Source of the DNA: an uncultured Acidobacteriota bacterium
GTDB lineage: Bacteria; Acidobacteriota; Polarisedimenticolia; J045
Direction: 5' to 3'
Length of the DNA stretch: 64,000 bases
Assembly (NCBI GenBank): GCA_963702425.1
Contig: CAVPCQ010000037.1
Span: forward strand, 96,001 to 160,000
The stretch's first letter is position 1. The number at the start of each line of letters is the position of its first letter. The notes under the pieces were generated by a model. The model was not told the DNA's origin. It was given only the letters and a program-made list of their open reading frames with translations, and made no database searches. This document shows, piece by piece, positions 30,649 through 41,271 of the stretch. The translations under genes and the position numbers were made by a program.

Positions 30649-33561
30649 CTAGTCCAGGTGCGGGACCGACTCGCGCGCCTGCGGCGAGGAAACCCCGGCC
30701 GAATCCGTCCAGCGGGCGACGGCGGCCAGCAGCGCGTCGCGCTCGATCGGCTTGGTCAGGTAGTCGTTCATGCCGGCCGCCAGGCAGGCCTCGCGGTCGG
30801 AGGCCTGCGCGTGAGCGGTCAAAGCGACCACCGGAAGCATCGCCCAGCGCGGTTCGCGGCGCAGGCGCAGCGTGGCCTCGAGTCCGTCCATCACCGGCAT
30901 CTGGACGTCCATCAGCACCAGGCTGGGCTCGGCCTCGGCCAGACGTGCCAGCGCGTCGGCGCCGTTCTCGGCGGCGATCACCCGGTAGCCCGCCCGCTCC
31001 AGGATCGTCGTCACGAGGCGCCGGTTCACGTGGTTGTCCTCCACCACGAGCACCGGGCCTTCGCGGCGAGTCTCCGGCGCCAGGGCGTCGGCCGGCGGCG
31101 CGATCGCGGCCAGCAGTCGCGCGCTCAGTTCGGCCGAAGAGAACGGCACGACGAGCGGGGGCGCGGCCCCGGCCGGCGCGTGGGTGGGGGCCGCTGCCGG
31201 CACGATCGGGATCAGGCGCGCCGGCGTGGCGGCGCCCGAGAGCCACGCCATGCAGAGCGCCTGCGTCTCCGGCGCAGCGAGCAGCGCGTCGTCGATCAGC
31301 ACCGTCGCGAAGAGGCTGCCGTCGCGGCGCGCGTCGAACGCGGCCCGCGCGGCCTCGCCGGGATGCGCGGCGGCGCGGGCCCGCATCCCCAGGGTCAGGA
31401 GCGCTTCGGCGAGGCTGGCCCGCACCGCGGCGCTCGGGTGGACCACGAGGGCGGCCCGGCCGACCAGCGAGTCACAGGGCGGCGGTACCGCGGCGCGCGG
31501 TCCGGGCCACACCCCCAGCACGAACCGGAACGTCGCCCCCTCACCCGGAGGGCTCTCGACCTCGAGCCGGCCGCCGAGTGCGGCGGCGAGCTGTCGCGAC
31601 AGCGCCAGGCCGATCCCGGTCCCGCCCTGCGGGCGGGTGCGGGACGCGTTGGCCTGATGGAACGGCTGGAAGATCTCGTCGCGCCACTCCTCGGGGATAC
31701 CCGGGCCGGTATCGCGCACCGCGAGGATCAGCTCGAAGCCGCCCCCCGGCTGGGCGGCGCCGGGCTGGGCCAGGATCTCGACCTCGCCTTCCGGCGTGAA
31801 CTTGATCGCGTTGCCGACCAGCTGCTCGAGCACGCGGCGCACGCGCCCGGCGTCCAGCATGAGCGGCGCGGGAAGGTCGCGGCGGACGACGGTGGCGAGC
31901 GTCAGGCCCTTGGCGCGGGCCCGTGGGGCGAAGTGGGACGCCACGTCGTGCACCAGCGCACCGACGTCGGTCGGGACCTGCGACAGCTCGAGCTGGCCGG
32001 CTTCCAGGCGCGAGAAGTCGAGCACGTCGTCGACGATCTGGAGCAGGTCGCGGGCGCAACGCCGGATCGTCTCCACCTGCTCCCTGACCGCGGGGGTGAG
32101 CTCGTGCTCGAGCGCCAGCTCGGCCATCCCGAGCACGCCGTTCAAGGGGGTGCGGATCTCGTGGCTGACGTTGGCCAGGAAGAGGTTCTTGGCCTCGCTC
32201 GCCGCTTCGGCGGCGCGGCGGGCGTGTTCGATCGTCGAGACGTCGCGCACCAGGAGGACGCTCGCCGCGCGTCCGTGGACCGCGGCCTGGGCGACGCTGG
32301 CTTCGGCCTCGAGCAGCCGGCCGCTGGTGTGGCGGAAGGCCAGGAAGCGCGTTCCGCCGGCGCCCGGGTCGAGCGTCGCGCGGACCATCTCGGCGGGAGT
32401 CTGCCCCGCGGCCGCGGCCAGGAGTTCCGCGAGCGGGGTGCCAACGAGACGGTCGTGCGCACGCCCCAGCCAGGCTCCCGCGAACGGGTTCGCGTCGAGC
32501 ACCGTACCGTCGCCGGGCGCGACCACCAGGATCGCCTCGGGGGCCGCCTCGACGATCGAGGCCACCGCGCGCTCGCTCTCCGCGAGTTCGCGGCCGCGGC
32601 GGTCAGCGACCTCGCGCAGCGAGCGCTGGCGGCGCTCCGTACCGTCGAAGAACCAGCCGCCGAGCAGTGCGAGCGCGACGCCGAGCTGAAGCACGAGCAT
32701 CGGGCCGAAGCCGATGAACCCGCTGTCGAGTGCTTCCGAGCCCCAGGCGGCGAGACGGAGCCGCTGGCCGCCGGCCTCGATCTCCGCGACGTGCACGGTC
32801 GCGGGCGTGGGCTTCCCGGCGCCCTCGTCGTAGACGACCTCGCTGCCGCGCTCGCCCGGCGCCTCGATGCGGCAGCCGAGCAACCGCGGGTGCCGCGCGA
32901 TGGCCGTGCTCAGGACGACGGCCGGGTCGACGACGACGGCGACGAGCCGCGGGCGCGGTCCCGGATCGCTCCCGGCGCGCGTCACGACCATGGTGCGTTG
33001 CGCTCCGTCGAGGTCGGAGAAGAGCGGAGAGACCCGCGGGCTGTCCGATCGGGTGGCGCCGTCGAGGAACGATCTCAGCGCGGGGCCTGCGCCGCGAGCG
33101 TCCCCCTCCAGCCAGCCGCGCCGACCGGACCCGGCGCGCACGATCCGGTACACGAACCGGCCGCCTGCCGGCTCCGGCACGATCAACACGACATCGACGA
33201 CGCCGGGGAAGGCCGAGCCGGCCGCGTGCGCGACGCCCGCCACTCGTTCCGCTGGCGGAATCGCCGGTCCGGCCAGCGAGGCTCCGGCCAGTCGCGCGGC
33301 CTGCTCCGGCCCGGCCAGCGCCGCGGTGACGTCGCGGGCGAGATCCTCCGCTTCGCGGCGCAACCGGCGCTGCTCCTCCTCGCGTGCCCAGCCGCGTGCC
33401 GCACCGAAGGCCAGCGCGGTGACGGCCACACCGGCGAGCGCCGCGGCGAGGCCCCATCGCGAGAGCAGGCCGCCCTCCCCGCGGCGTGCGCGGAAAGCGG
33501 CCACGAGGCCGATCGTGATTGCGATCGCCGCGAGCCCTGGCTCGATCCACTCCACGCCCAA
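30649..33561 (-). CDS. Hybrid PAS sensor histidine kinase/response regulator
   Basis: FLANVSHEIRTPLNG, GNAIKFT, GTGIGL, receiver LMDVQMPVMDG. Confidence 0.92.
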   Translation of the reverse strand: MGVEWIEPGLAAIAITIGLVAAFRARRGEGGLLSRWGLAAALAGVAVTALAFGAARGWAREEEQRRLRREAEDLARDVTAALAGPEQAARLAGASLAGPAIPPAERVAGVAHAAGSAFPGVVDVVLIVPEPAGGRFVYRIVRAGSGRRGWLEGDARGAGPALRSFLDGATRSDSPRVSPLFSDLDGAQRTMVVTRAGSDPGPRPRLVAVVVDPAVVLSTAIARHPRLLGCRIEAPGERGSEVVYDEGAGKPTPATVHVAEIEAGGQRLRLAAWGSEALDSGFIGFGPMLVLQLGVALALLGGWFFDGTERRQRSLREVADRRGRELAESERAVASIVEAAPEAILVVAPGDGTVLDANPFAGAWLGRAHDRLVGTPLAELLAAAAGQTPAEMVRATLDPGAGGTRFLAFRHTSGRLLEAEASVAQAAVHGRAASVLLVRDVSTIEHARRAAEAASEAKNLFLANVSHEIRTPLNGVLGMAELALEHELTPAVREQVETIRRCARDLLQIVDDVLDFSRLEAGQLELSQVPTDVGALVHDVASHFAPRARAKGLTLATVVRRDLPAPLMLDAGRVRRVLEQLVGNAIKFTPEGEVEILAQPGAAQPGGGFELILAVRDTGPGIPEEWRDEIFQPFHQANASRTRPQGGTGIGLALSRQLAAALGGRLEVESPPGEGATFRFVLGVWPGPRAAVPPPCDSLVGRAALVVHPSAAVRASLAEALLTLGMRARAAAHPGEAARAAFDARRDGSLFATVLIDDALLAAPETQALCMAWLSGAATPARLIPIVPAAAPTHAPAGAAPPLVVPFSSAELSARLLAAIAPPADALAPETRREGPVLVVEDNHVNRRLVTTILERAGYRVIAAENGADALARLAEAEPSLVLMDVQMPVMDGLEATLRLRREPRWAMLPVVALTAHAQASDREACLAAGMNDYLTKPIERDALLAAVARWTDSAGVSSPQARESVPHLD

Positions 33562-33651
33562 AAGGTAGGCTCCGCGCCCGCTCGGGCGCCGCTTCCGAGT
33601 TCCCGATCGACCTATCGGCCGGGAGGGGGGGAACTGCAGGGGGGGCGGGGG

Positions 33652-36600
33652 TCAGGGACAGCCGGAGGCCGGGCCGTCCTGAACCAGGTAGAAATACGAG
33701 ACCCCGTCCCGGAGGACCGGGTGGCGAGCCTCCGGGGCGGCCGACTCGAGGGCCGACGGAAGCGACCCGACCGTCGCGGCCTCGAGCGACCAGGGGAAGC
33801 GGTAGCGCGCCGCGCCCGGGATCGGGGCGCAGCGCAGGACCACCTGGTCCCCGTCCGGCGAGCGGTCGACGGTCAACCTCGCCGCTGCCAGCCGCGCGGG
33901 GTCGACGCTGCCGCAGTCCCGCGCGGTCAGCGTCGCCGAGGAGGCAGACGGCAGGGCGCATCCGCTCCCCGAGCGGGCGAGGACCTGATAGCGGTGGTCA
34001 CGGTTCGGCTCGGCGTCGTGGTCGTCGAAGCCGCGCGCGGAGGCGTCGACCGTGGCGACGAGCCGGCCGTCGCGCCAGATCTCGAAGACCCCGGTCCCGC
34101 CTCCGCCCCAGTCGACGACCTCGCCCCAGGAGAGGCGCACTCCGCCGGCCGCCGCGGGATCGAGGTCCTCCGCCGACAGCAGGCCGATGAACTGCGGGGG
34201 GGGCCAGCACGTCCCGGCCGAGCAGGCCGACGCGAGGCGCACGCCGCTCACTGCGAGGTCGTCGATCACCGCGCCGCCGTCGGTGCCGCAGTCGCTCGAC
34301 AGGTTGATCCGGAAGCGGACGGTCCGCCCCGCCCAGGGCTGGAGGTTGAACTCGAACCTCCGCCAGCCCGAGAGGGTTCCCGAGGCGGGTCCCGTGATGC
34401 AGCCCTGCGTCGGCGGGTAGTCGCAGCCGTTGATCCACGCCCCGTTGCCGCCCCCGTCGCCGGCGCAGGGGGGCGGGGTGGTATTGGCGAAGGTGTTCGG
34501 GTAGCCGCCGATCGGGGCGATCGGCGCGAACGGCCCGCCGTCGGCCGACAGCTCGACGACCATCCCGTCCCACCTGTGCTCGATGCTGTAGTCGGCGAAG
34601 AACGAGAGCCGCGGCGAGGCTGCGGAGTCGAGCGGCAACCCGGGACCCACGAGACCGAAGCAGGCCAGCGGCGGATAGCGCCCGGTGCCGAGCGGTTCGT
34701 CGTCCGACCAGTAGGACCAGCTCCCGCCATGGTGCAGGGCGATCGGGCTGCGCGACCAACCGGCGCCGGCGGCGGTCTCGTCTTCGGTCGTCTCGCTGGT
34801 CATCTTCGCCGGCCGGGCGTCACCGGCGTCGTCGATCCAGCTCCCCGACTGCCGCGGGCCGCCGGCGCGTACCGTGGCCCGGGTGCCGGGGCCCTCGAGC
34901 CCGCTCGCGGCGTCGAACGCGCGGACCTCGTAGGTCCAGCTGTCCCCCGCCGGCTCTCCCAACCCGTCCCAGCCGGTGGTGAGGGCCGAGTCGGCGTAGG
35001 CAGTGGCGCCAGTTTCGACCCTGAGGGTGGCCGGGCCGGGGACGAAGGCCGGGTCGGTCGAGCGGAAGACGCGATACGAGAGCGGGTCGCCGCACGGGGA
35101 GGTGACGGCGCTCCAGGCGAGCCCGACACCGCACTGCGCCGACTCGGCATCGGCGGCCGCGAGAGCGGCGGGCGCCGCGGGCGCGACCAGGCAGGTCGCC
35201 GAGGGGACGAGCGGATTCGAGGTGGCCGCCGGCGCCGCGCAGAGCCCCGACGCGTCCAGCGCCTCGACCTCGTAGGTGAAGGGGCCGGCTCCCGCCGGGT
35301 GGTCGAGCAGGGCGCCCTCGGATCCGGCGACCCGGCCCACGAACCGGCGCACGGCGCCTTCGATGCGCCAGACGTCGTAGTGATGGGCAGCGGCGGACCG
35401 GTTCCAGCCGACCACGACGGCGTCGCCGACGACGGTGGCGCTGACGCCGGTCGGTGCCGCAGGGGCGCTGCAGGCCGGAGCGCAGACGGTCGCGTCCGCG
35501 CTGCGGCGGATGTTCTCCCAGGTCAGCTCGACGTCGTCGACCCGCCAGCGGATCTCGTCGCCGCTGCTGCTGGTGCAGGACACCGCGCCGTCGGCGGAGT
35601 CGGCGATGTCGGCCCGGAACAGGAGCTGCAGCGTCGTCGCGTCGGCCGCCGGGGGGAGCGTCCACTCCGTGACCCGCGACGGGTCGAGGTCGGCGGTCAG
35701 GTTGGTCCCGTCGGCCGAACGGTCGCGATAGTAGCCGGAGGGGAGGGTGCGGCCGTCGCGGTTGGTGAAGACCTCGACCAGGGTCCTCTCGCAGGGCTTG
35801 CCGTCCTCGTTCAGCTTGAGGTGGAAGCTCTCGCGGAAGCGCACGCGCTCGAGGATCGTGGTCGTTCCCGGTTCGCCGGTGACGACCGACGGACTGACCA
35901 GGCGGTGGTTGACCTTCGACGCGGTGCTGAGCAGCTGGCCCGAGCAGGAGGGGATCAGGGCCTGCCGCGAACCGAAGCACAGCCCGATGTTCCAGGTCGG
36001 TTCCGAGGTGCTGCAGTTCTTGTTGGGGTCGAACCAGTACCAGGATCCCGGGGTCGGCGCGGGGTCGCCGTCGTAGCACTCCCCGAGGCTGCTGGTGAAG
36101 GAGTCGGTCCAGGAGCCCGGGGTGCGCGTCTCGTCGGTCTCGAGCGCGAGCGAGACCGGGACGATCCGCGGTTCGGTCCAGCCGTCGGCGTTTACGACCA
36201 ACTCGAGCGTCGCCGTCGTCGCGGTCGCGTCGCCGCGCAGCGAGACCTGGAACGGGACGGCGACGGGGGCCGCCCCGCCGGTCGCGAGGTCGCCGAACGC
36301 GCCCTCGGCGGAGGCGACGTAGAGCTGCGGGTCGGTCGAGCGCAGCGTGGCGGTGACGCCGCGCAGGTCCGCCGGCCCGGGATTCACGAGCGTCAGCGAG
36401 AGCGCGCCGGTCTCGCCGGCGTCCAGGAAGCCGTCCCCGTCGCAGCCGCCCGCGAACGTGGGCGGGCCGACGGACAGGTCCTGTCCGCAGCCGGTGAGCG
36501 CCCGCGCGGTGGCCGCGTGCGCCGGGCTCACATCCTGGTAGACGGCGCGGAGCTCGTCGCCGCTGGCCAGCTCCAGCCGGCCGTTACCGAGCACAATCGG

Positions 36601-39492
36601 CTGGCCCGACACCAGCGCGACGCCACCGGTGTAGCGTCCCCCGCCGAGCGCGGAGAGGGTCGCCGTTTCCTGGTCTCCTGACGAGGTCCGCACCGTCACG
36701 ACGATCGAGGCGCCGGCGTTCGCATCGAGCGCTTCCAGCCCGGCCACGCCGTCGCAGCCGAAGCGCGGGCGGGCGAAGCGCAACGATCCGCCCGCGGCCG
36801 AGACGGGCCCGACCGCGACGACCGCGAAATCCTGGCGCGCACCGCCGTCGACGAAGGGCGTGCCCGGGACGCTCTCCCCGACGACCTCGACCCGCCACAC
36901 TCCGGCCGGTGCGCCGCCGATCGGCAGCCGCACCACCTCGACGTTGTCGTTGTCGCTCACCGGGAACGCGTTCGGCGCCGTCGCTTCGCGCGTCGTCGCG
37001 TTGCGGTCGCGGGCGGACCACGCATTGCCGCGGTAGACCGTCCCGTTCGGCGCCGTGACGACGAGGTCGAGGTCGTTCACGAGGTACGACGGGGAGGCCA
37101 CGAGGGCCGGCGGATCGGGCCAGGTCAGCACGATCTTCAGCTCCTCGGCGCGGCCGTCGAGGTAGACCTCACTCGACCAGGACTCGCCGGTCGCGATCCC
37201 GCGGTCGCGCGCCACGTCCCAGACCGCGAGCCCGCGCGCGTCCCCGCCGAAGAACAGCGCGTCGTCGAGCTGGAGCCGCCCCCAGCCCTGCTCGTTCGTC
37301 GGCGCGTCGTCCTGCAGCAGCGCGAGGTTGCAGTCGCGGTCGCCGGTGCAGGTGAGCTGCGACTTCCCGCTGCACGTCCAGCAGTCGGCGTCCTCGGAGC
37401 AGGCGCCGAAGCCGTTCGTGCACAGGCCCACCGACAGGTCGCAGGTGTCGGGCAGGCAGGGCCCGTAGTCGGCGCCCCCGCGCCCGGTCATGTTGCGCGC
37501 GCCGGCGAGCAGCGTCGCCTTGAGCAGAGCCGCGGAAGGGACGAGCGCATCGCCTGCGCGCGCCGCGCCGGAGGGGTAGAACCCCTTCCGGAAGTACTCC
37601 CGCGCCAGCGCCGCGTAGCCCGCGACGAGCGGCGCCGCGAACGACGTGCCGTTCACCTCGAAGGTCGAGCAGGTGCGGCCGACTTCCTTGCGGTCCGAGG
37701 TGCCGGTGACGAGCGAGCGGCCCGAGATCACGATGTCGGGCTTGAGCCGCCCGTCCGTCGTCGGACCGCGGGAGGAGAACTCGGCGACGTTCTCCGGGTC
37801 GAGCGCCTTGGTCGGGTCGGGATCGGCTTGGACCCGCGCGTCCGACGCGCCGACGGTGAGCACGTTCTTGGCCGTTCCGGGGGAGGCGAGCGAGCCCGGG
37901 TAGGGCCCGCCGTTTCCGGCGCTGAAGACGATCAGGAAGTCGGGGTGATTCCACGCCATCCGGTCGGTGAAGAAGGCCAGCGTGTCGTACTGGTTCCGCG
38001 CCACGCCCCACGAGTTGGTCGAGATCCGGGCGCCGGCGTCACGCATCTGCTCGAACATCCGGTCGACGATCAGCGGGACCGGCAGCCCGAGCCCGACGAG
38101 CTGCCCCTGGTCGTCGCCGAGGTCCTCGACCACCAGCTTCGCCATCGGCGCGACCCCGTCGCCCGGGTCGTGGTGCGGGCCGAGCGGGTTCGCCTCGGTT
38201 GCCGGATCGGTCGGGTCGTCGCCGGCGGCCGAGACCGCGGTCCAGGTCCCGTGCGGGTCGCCGGAGCGCACGTCGTATGCGGTGGCCTTGGCCTGGAACG
38301 AGCCGAGCAGGTTGTAGGCGACGATCTTGCGCCGCGAGAGGTCGACCGGGATCGGGCCGGCCAGTGCGCCGTCGGCGGGAACGCTCGAGACCGGCGGCAA
38401 CCCGTGCAGGTCGTCGATCATCCAGCAGGTGTCGGGGTCGACGCCGCTGTCGGCGATCCCGATGAGCTCTCCGTCTCCGAGGAGTCCCCGCTTCCAGACC
38501 GTCGCAGACCTGGTGTAGTTGCGCTTCCAGAACCGGTCGTAGGACTGACCGATCCAGACCGCGTCGTCGTTGAGCAGTTCCACCGCGCCGCTCGGCTCGA
38601 GCGCAACCACCTCCTCGAGCGCCGCGACGCGCGACAGCGCGACACGCAGGCCCGAGCGCGGGACCGAGAGCGCGAGCAGCGCGACCGGGCCATCGCCGGC
38701 GACGCCGTCGAGGACGAGGCCCGGGAAAACCGAGGCGACGTCGTTCGCCAGGTCCTCCGCGGTCCGTCCCGGTCCGAGCAGCGCGAGCGCGTGGACCCGG
38801 AACGCGTCGAGCCCTTCGCCCGGCAGCGCACCCCGGGTCGGCTGGCCGGCCGCGACCCGGGCGAGCGAGCGATCGTACTTGTACCCGGGACGGTACCGGC
38901 CGACCCAGCGCACTCCCGGCAGTCCGGCCGCCCGGCCGAGCGCCAGGGCGTCGGCCCGCACCAGGTAGGCTTCGCGCGGCACGGCGAAGAGCGGCTGGAC
39001 CCCGGCCTCCGCCAGCGCGGCCCGCTCTCCCGGACCCGGGGGAGCGGCGAACTGGACCAGGGCGAGCCGTGGCGCGGCCGAGGAGAGGTTCTCGAATCCC
39101 GCGGGCTCGGGAGCGATCTCCGAGAGGTCCGGCTCCCCGTCCGCCAGCGGTTCGAAGGCCGTGGTGTCGAACAGGATCGCATGGGGCCGGGCCAGCAGAT
39201 CGTCCGGCGAGGGGTCCCCCCCGCGGCCGTCCAGGGCGCCCAGCCCCAGCAGGAGCGGGCCCCGCCAGCTACCGGGGAGCCGAGCGTCCGCCCCCGGCCC
39301 GGCCCCCGGACCGGCCCCTTCCGCGACCGCCGGAGGATCGGTCGAAAGGGGGACGGACGGGCCGAACGGCCCGCGGAAGGGGGCGGGCGGGCGCGTCGCG
39401 TCGCCGGCGAAGGCCGGGACGGCGGCTGCCGAAAAAAGGCCCGCGATAACAAAAAGGCGGGCCCGTCCGGCGCCCGCGGTCCACCCTGCCAT
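33652..39492 (-). CDS. Large secreted S8 subtilase with accessory domains
   Basis: IADSGVD, HGT, SAGNGG, SSRGPT.DGRLKPD, NGTSFAAP. Confidence 0.9.
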   Translation of the reverse strand: MAGWTAGAGRARLFVIAGLFSAAAVPAFAGDATRPPAPFRGPFGPSVPLSTDPPAVAEGAGPGAGPGADARLPGSWRGPLLLGLGALDGRGGDPSPDDLLARPHAILFDTTAFEPLADGEPDLSEIAPEPAGFENLSSAAPRLALVQFAAPPGPGERAALAEAGVQPLFAVPREAYLVRADALALGRAAGLPGVRWVGRYRPGYKYDRSLARVAAGQPTRGALPGEGLDAFRVHALALLGPGRTAEDLANDVASVFPGLVLDGVAGDGPVALLALSVPRSGLRVALSRVAALEEVVALEPSGAVELLNDDAVWIGQSYDRFWKRNYTRSATVWKRGLLGDGELIGIADSGVDPDTCWMIDDLHGLPPVSSVPADGALAGPIPVDLSRRKIVAYNLLGSFQAKATAYDVRSGDPHGTWTAVSAAGDDPTDPATEANPLGPHHDPGDGVAPMAKLVVEDLGDDQGQLVGLGLPVPLIVDRMFEQMRDAGARISTNSWGVARNQYDTLAFFTDRMAWNHPDFLIVFSAGNGGPYPGSLASPGTAKNVLTVGASDARVQADPDPTKALDPENVAEFSSRGPTTDGRLKPDIVISGRSLVTGTSDRKEVGRTCSTFEVNGTSFAAPLVAGYAALAREYFRKGFYPSGAARAGDALVPSAALLKATLLAGARNMTGRGGADYGPCLPDTCDLSVGLCTNGFGACSEDADCWTCSGKSQLTCTGDRDCNLALLQDDAPTNEQGWGRLQLDDALFFGGDARGLAVWDVARDRGIATGESWSSEVYLDGRAEELKIVLTWPDPPALVASPSYLVNDLDLVVTAPNGTVYRGNAWSARDRNATTREATAPNAFPVSDNDNVEVVRLPIGGAPAGVWRVEVVGESVPGTPFVDGGARQDFAVVAVGPVSAAGGSLRFARPRFGCDGVAGLEALDANAGASIVVTVRTSSGDQETATLSALGGGRYTGGVALVSGQPIVLGNGRLELASGDELRAVYQDVSPAHAATARALTGCGQDLSVGPPTFAGGCDGDGFLDAGETGALSLTLVNPGPADLRGVTATLRSTDPQLYVASAEGAFGDLATGGAAPVAVPFQVSLRGDATATTATLELVVNADGWTEPRIVPVSLALETDETRTPGSWTDSFTSSLGECYDGDPAPTPGSWYWFDPNKNCSTSEPTWNIGLCFGSRQALIPSCSGQLLSTASKVNHRLVSPSVVTGEPGTTTILERVRFRESFHLKLNEDGKPCERTLVEVFTNRDGRTLPSGYYRDRSADGTNLTADLDPSRVTEWTLPPAADATTLQLLFRADIADSADGAVSCTSSSGDEIRWRVDDVELTWENIRRSADATVCAPACSAPAAPTGVSATVVGDAVVVGWNRSAAAHHYDVWRIEGAVRRFVGRVAGSEGALLDHPAGAGPFTYEVEALDASGLCAAPAATSNPLVPSATCLVAPAAPAALAAADAESAQCGVGLAWSAVTSPCGDPLSYRVFRSTDPAFVPGPATLRVETGATAYADSALTTGWDGLGEPAGDSWTYEVRAFDAASGLEGPGTRATVRAGGPRQSGSWIDDAGDARPAKMTSETTEDETAAGAGWSRSPIALHHGGSWSYWSDDEPLGTGRYPPLACFGLVGPGLPLDSAASPRLSFFADYSIEHRWDGMVVELSADGGPFAPIAPIGGYPNTFANTTPPPCAGDGGGNGAWINGCDYPPTQGCITGPASGTLSGWRRFEFNLQPWAGRTVRFRINLSSDCGTDGGAVIDDLAVSGVRLASACSAGTCWPPPQFIGLLSAEDLDPAAAGGVRLSWGEVVDWGGGGTGVFEIWRDGRLVATVDASARGFDDHDAEPNRDHRYQVLARSGSGCALPSASSATLTARDCGSVDPARLAAARLTVDRSPDGDQVVLRCAPIPGAARYRFPWSLEAATVGSLPSALESAAPEARHPVLRDGVSYFYLVQDGPASGCP

Positions 39493-39746
39493 GCCAAGCA
39501 GGTACGGTCAGCCGGCCCGGGGTGCAAGCCGGACCGGCCCCGCGCCGCCGCGCGACCCGGCTCCGGCCCGGGCCGTCGGAGCGGGGACCGGACCAACGGT
39601 CCCGGCCGCCGGCCGACGAGCGTTGACACCCGTTGGGCGCGGCTCTTAGCATCGACTCCGTTCCCCCCTGGTGTGCCTTCTTTTCGGATCCTGCCGTCGA
39701 CGAGCCGCGCTGTCGCGCCGTCGCACGGGGCGGTGGAGGCCTGCGC

Positions 39747-40673
39747 ATGGCGTTCGAAGGTGTCAGCTCGATCTGGATGAACGGCCGGCTGGTTCCCTAC
39801 GCGGAGGCCAACATCCACATCTGTTCCCACGTCATCCACTACGGCTCGTCGGTCTTCGAGGGGGCGCGCTGCTACAAGACGCCCTACGGCTCGTCGTGCT
39901 TCCGGCTGCGTGAGCACATCCGGCGCCTGATCGACTCGGCGAAGATCTACCGCATGCAGGGGGCCTTCACCGAGGAGCAGCTGGTCGACGCGTGCCTCGA
40001 GACGATCCGCGCCAACCGCTTCGAGGAGTGCTACATCAGGCCCGTGATTTACCGCGGCTACGGCACGCTCGGCGTCAATCCGTCGAACTGCCCGGTCGAC
40101 ACCGCCATCGTCGTCTGGTCGTGGGGCGCCTACCTGGGGGAGGAGGCCCTGTCCAACGGGGTCGACGTCACGATCTCGACCTGGAACCGGATGGCACCCA
40201 ACACGCTCCCCGCGCTCGCCAAGTGCGGCGCCAACTACATGAACTCGCAGCTGATCAACCTCGAGGCCCGGGCGCGCGGCTTCACCGAGGGGATCGCGCT
40301 CACGACCGACGGCCTGATCAGCGAGGGCTCCGGCGAGAACGTGTTCGTCATCTGGCGCGGGAAGATCTTCACCCCCGGCCTGCAGCATTCGATCCTCGCC
40401 GGCATCACGCGCGACTCGGTGATCACGCTGGCGAAGGAGCTGGGATACGAGGTGGTCGAGAGCGCGCTCCCGCGCGAAGCGCTCTACGTCGCGGACGAAA
40501 TCTTCTTCACCGGCACCGCGGCCGAGGTGACGCCGATCCGTGCGGTGGACGGGGTGCCGATCGGGAACGGCGCGCGGGGCGAGGTCACCCGCCGGATCCA
40601 GGAGGCCTACTTCAACGAAGTCAAGGGGGCGCAGCCCCGGCACCCCGAGTGGCACCTGAAGGTCCAACCCTGA
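39747..40673 (+). CDS. ilvE: Branched-chain amino acid aminotransferase
   Basis: HYGSSVFEG, AKCGANY, SEGSGEN, ILAGITR, FFTGTAAEV. Confidence 0.96.
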   Translation: MAFEGVSSIWMNGRLVPYAEANIHICSHVIHYGSSVFEGARCYKTPYGSSCFRLREHIRRLIDSAKIYRMQGAFTEEQLVDACLETIRANRFEECYIRPVIYRGYGTLGVNPSNCPVDTAIVVWSWGAYLGEEALSNGVDVTISTWNRMAPNTLPALAKCGANYMNSQLINLEARARGFTEGIALTTDGLISEGSGENVFVIWRGKIFTPGLQHSILAGITRDSVITLAKELGYEVVESALPREALYVADEIFFTGTAAEVTPIRAVDGVPIGNGARGEVTRRIQEAYFNEVKGAQPRHPEWHLKVQP

Positions 40674-40683
40674 GGGGAAGAAG

Positions 40684-41073
40684 CTAGCCGGGCGGGATCG
40701 GGATCGCCGCGAGACAGGCCGCCAACCGGCCGGCGCCGTGCGGGGGAAGCAGCGCCACCGCGCCCCAGCGTCGGGCCTGGTCCCCGGCGCCGGCGAGCTG
40801 CTCCGGAAGCAGGGCTACGGCCGAGGCGTGGCGGGACAGGGTCCGGATCACCTCCAGCCCTTCCTCCTCGAGCGAGACGAGGTCGACCACGACGAGCCCC
40901 GGCCGGTTCTGGGCGGCCACCGCTCCGGAGCCGCCCGGGGGCAGGCCCAGCAGCGACCAGGCGCGCTGCAGGTCGGGTACCCGCCGCGGCGAGAAGCCGG
41001 CCATCCGGATCCCCTCCTCGAGTTCCGGCAGACGGACCAGGTCGCGTGACACCAGCATCGCCCAGCGCAGCAC
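40684..41073 (-). CDS. Small receiver-like hypothetical protein
   Basis: PGLVVVDL..EEEGLEVIRTL resembles a degenerate CheY fold. Confidence 0.45.
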   Translation of the reverse strand: MLRWAMLVSRDLVRLPELEEGIRMAGFSPRRVPDLQRAWSLLGLPPGGSGAVAAQNRPGLVVVDLVSLEEEGLEVIRTLSRHASAVALLPEQLAGAGDQARRWGAVALLPPHGAGRLAACLAAIPIPPG

Positions 41074-41271
41074 CGTGCCTCCGGAAGGTGACGGCCCCGC
41101 CGGGAGCCGGGCTCCCGGGGGGGCGGTTGTCCCCGCCGGCGCCGGAAACCTAGATTCCCGGGCGGGGGCCGAGCGCCCCGCCGTGGTCCGTCGGCGACCG
41201 GCCCGGCCCGGGGATTATCTCCCGAGTCGCGTGCGGCGCCGGGCGCGGCGTTGTCATCCCGGGAGACGGCC

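Noticed and set aside
29959-36681. 2240-aa plus-strand ORF and other very long Arg/Gly/Pro-rich ORFs (e.g. 42739-46701, 24585-27944)
   Set aside because: Shadow ORFs of well-supported genes in high-GC DNA; no domain motifs.
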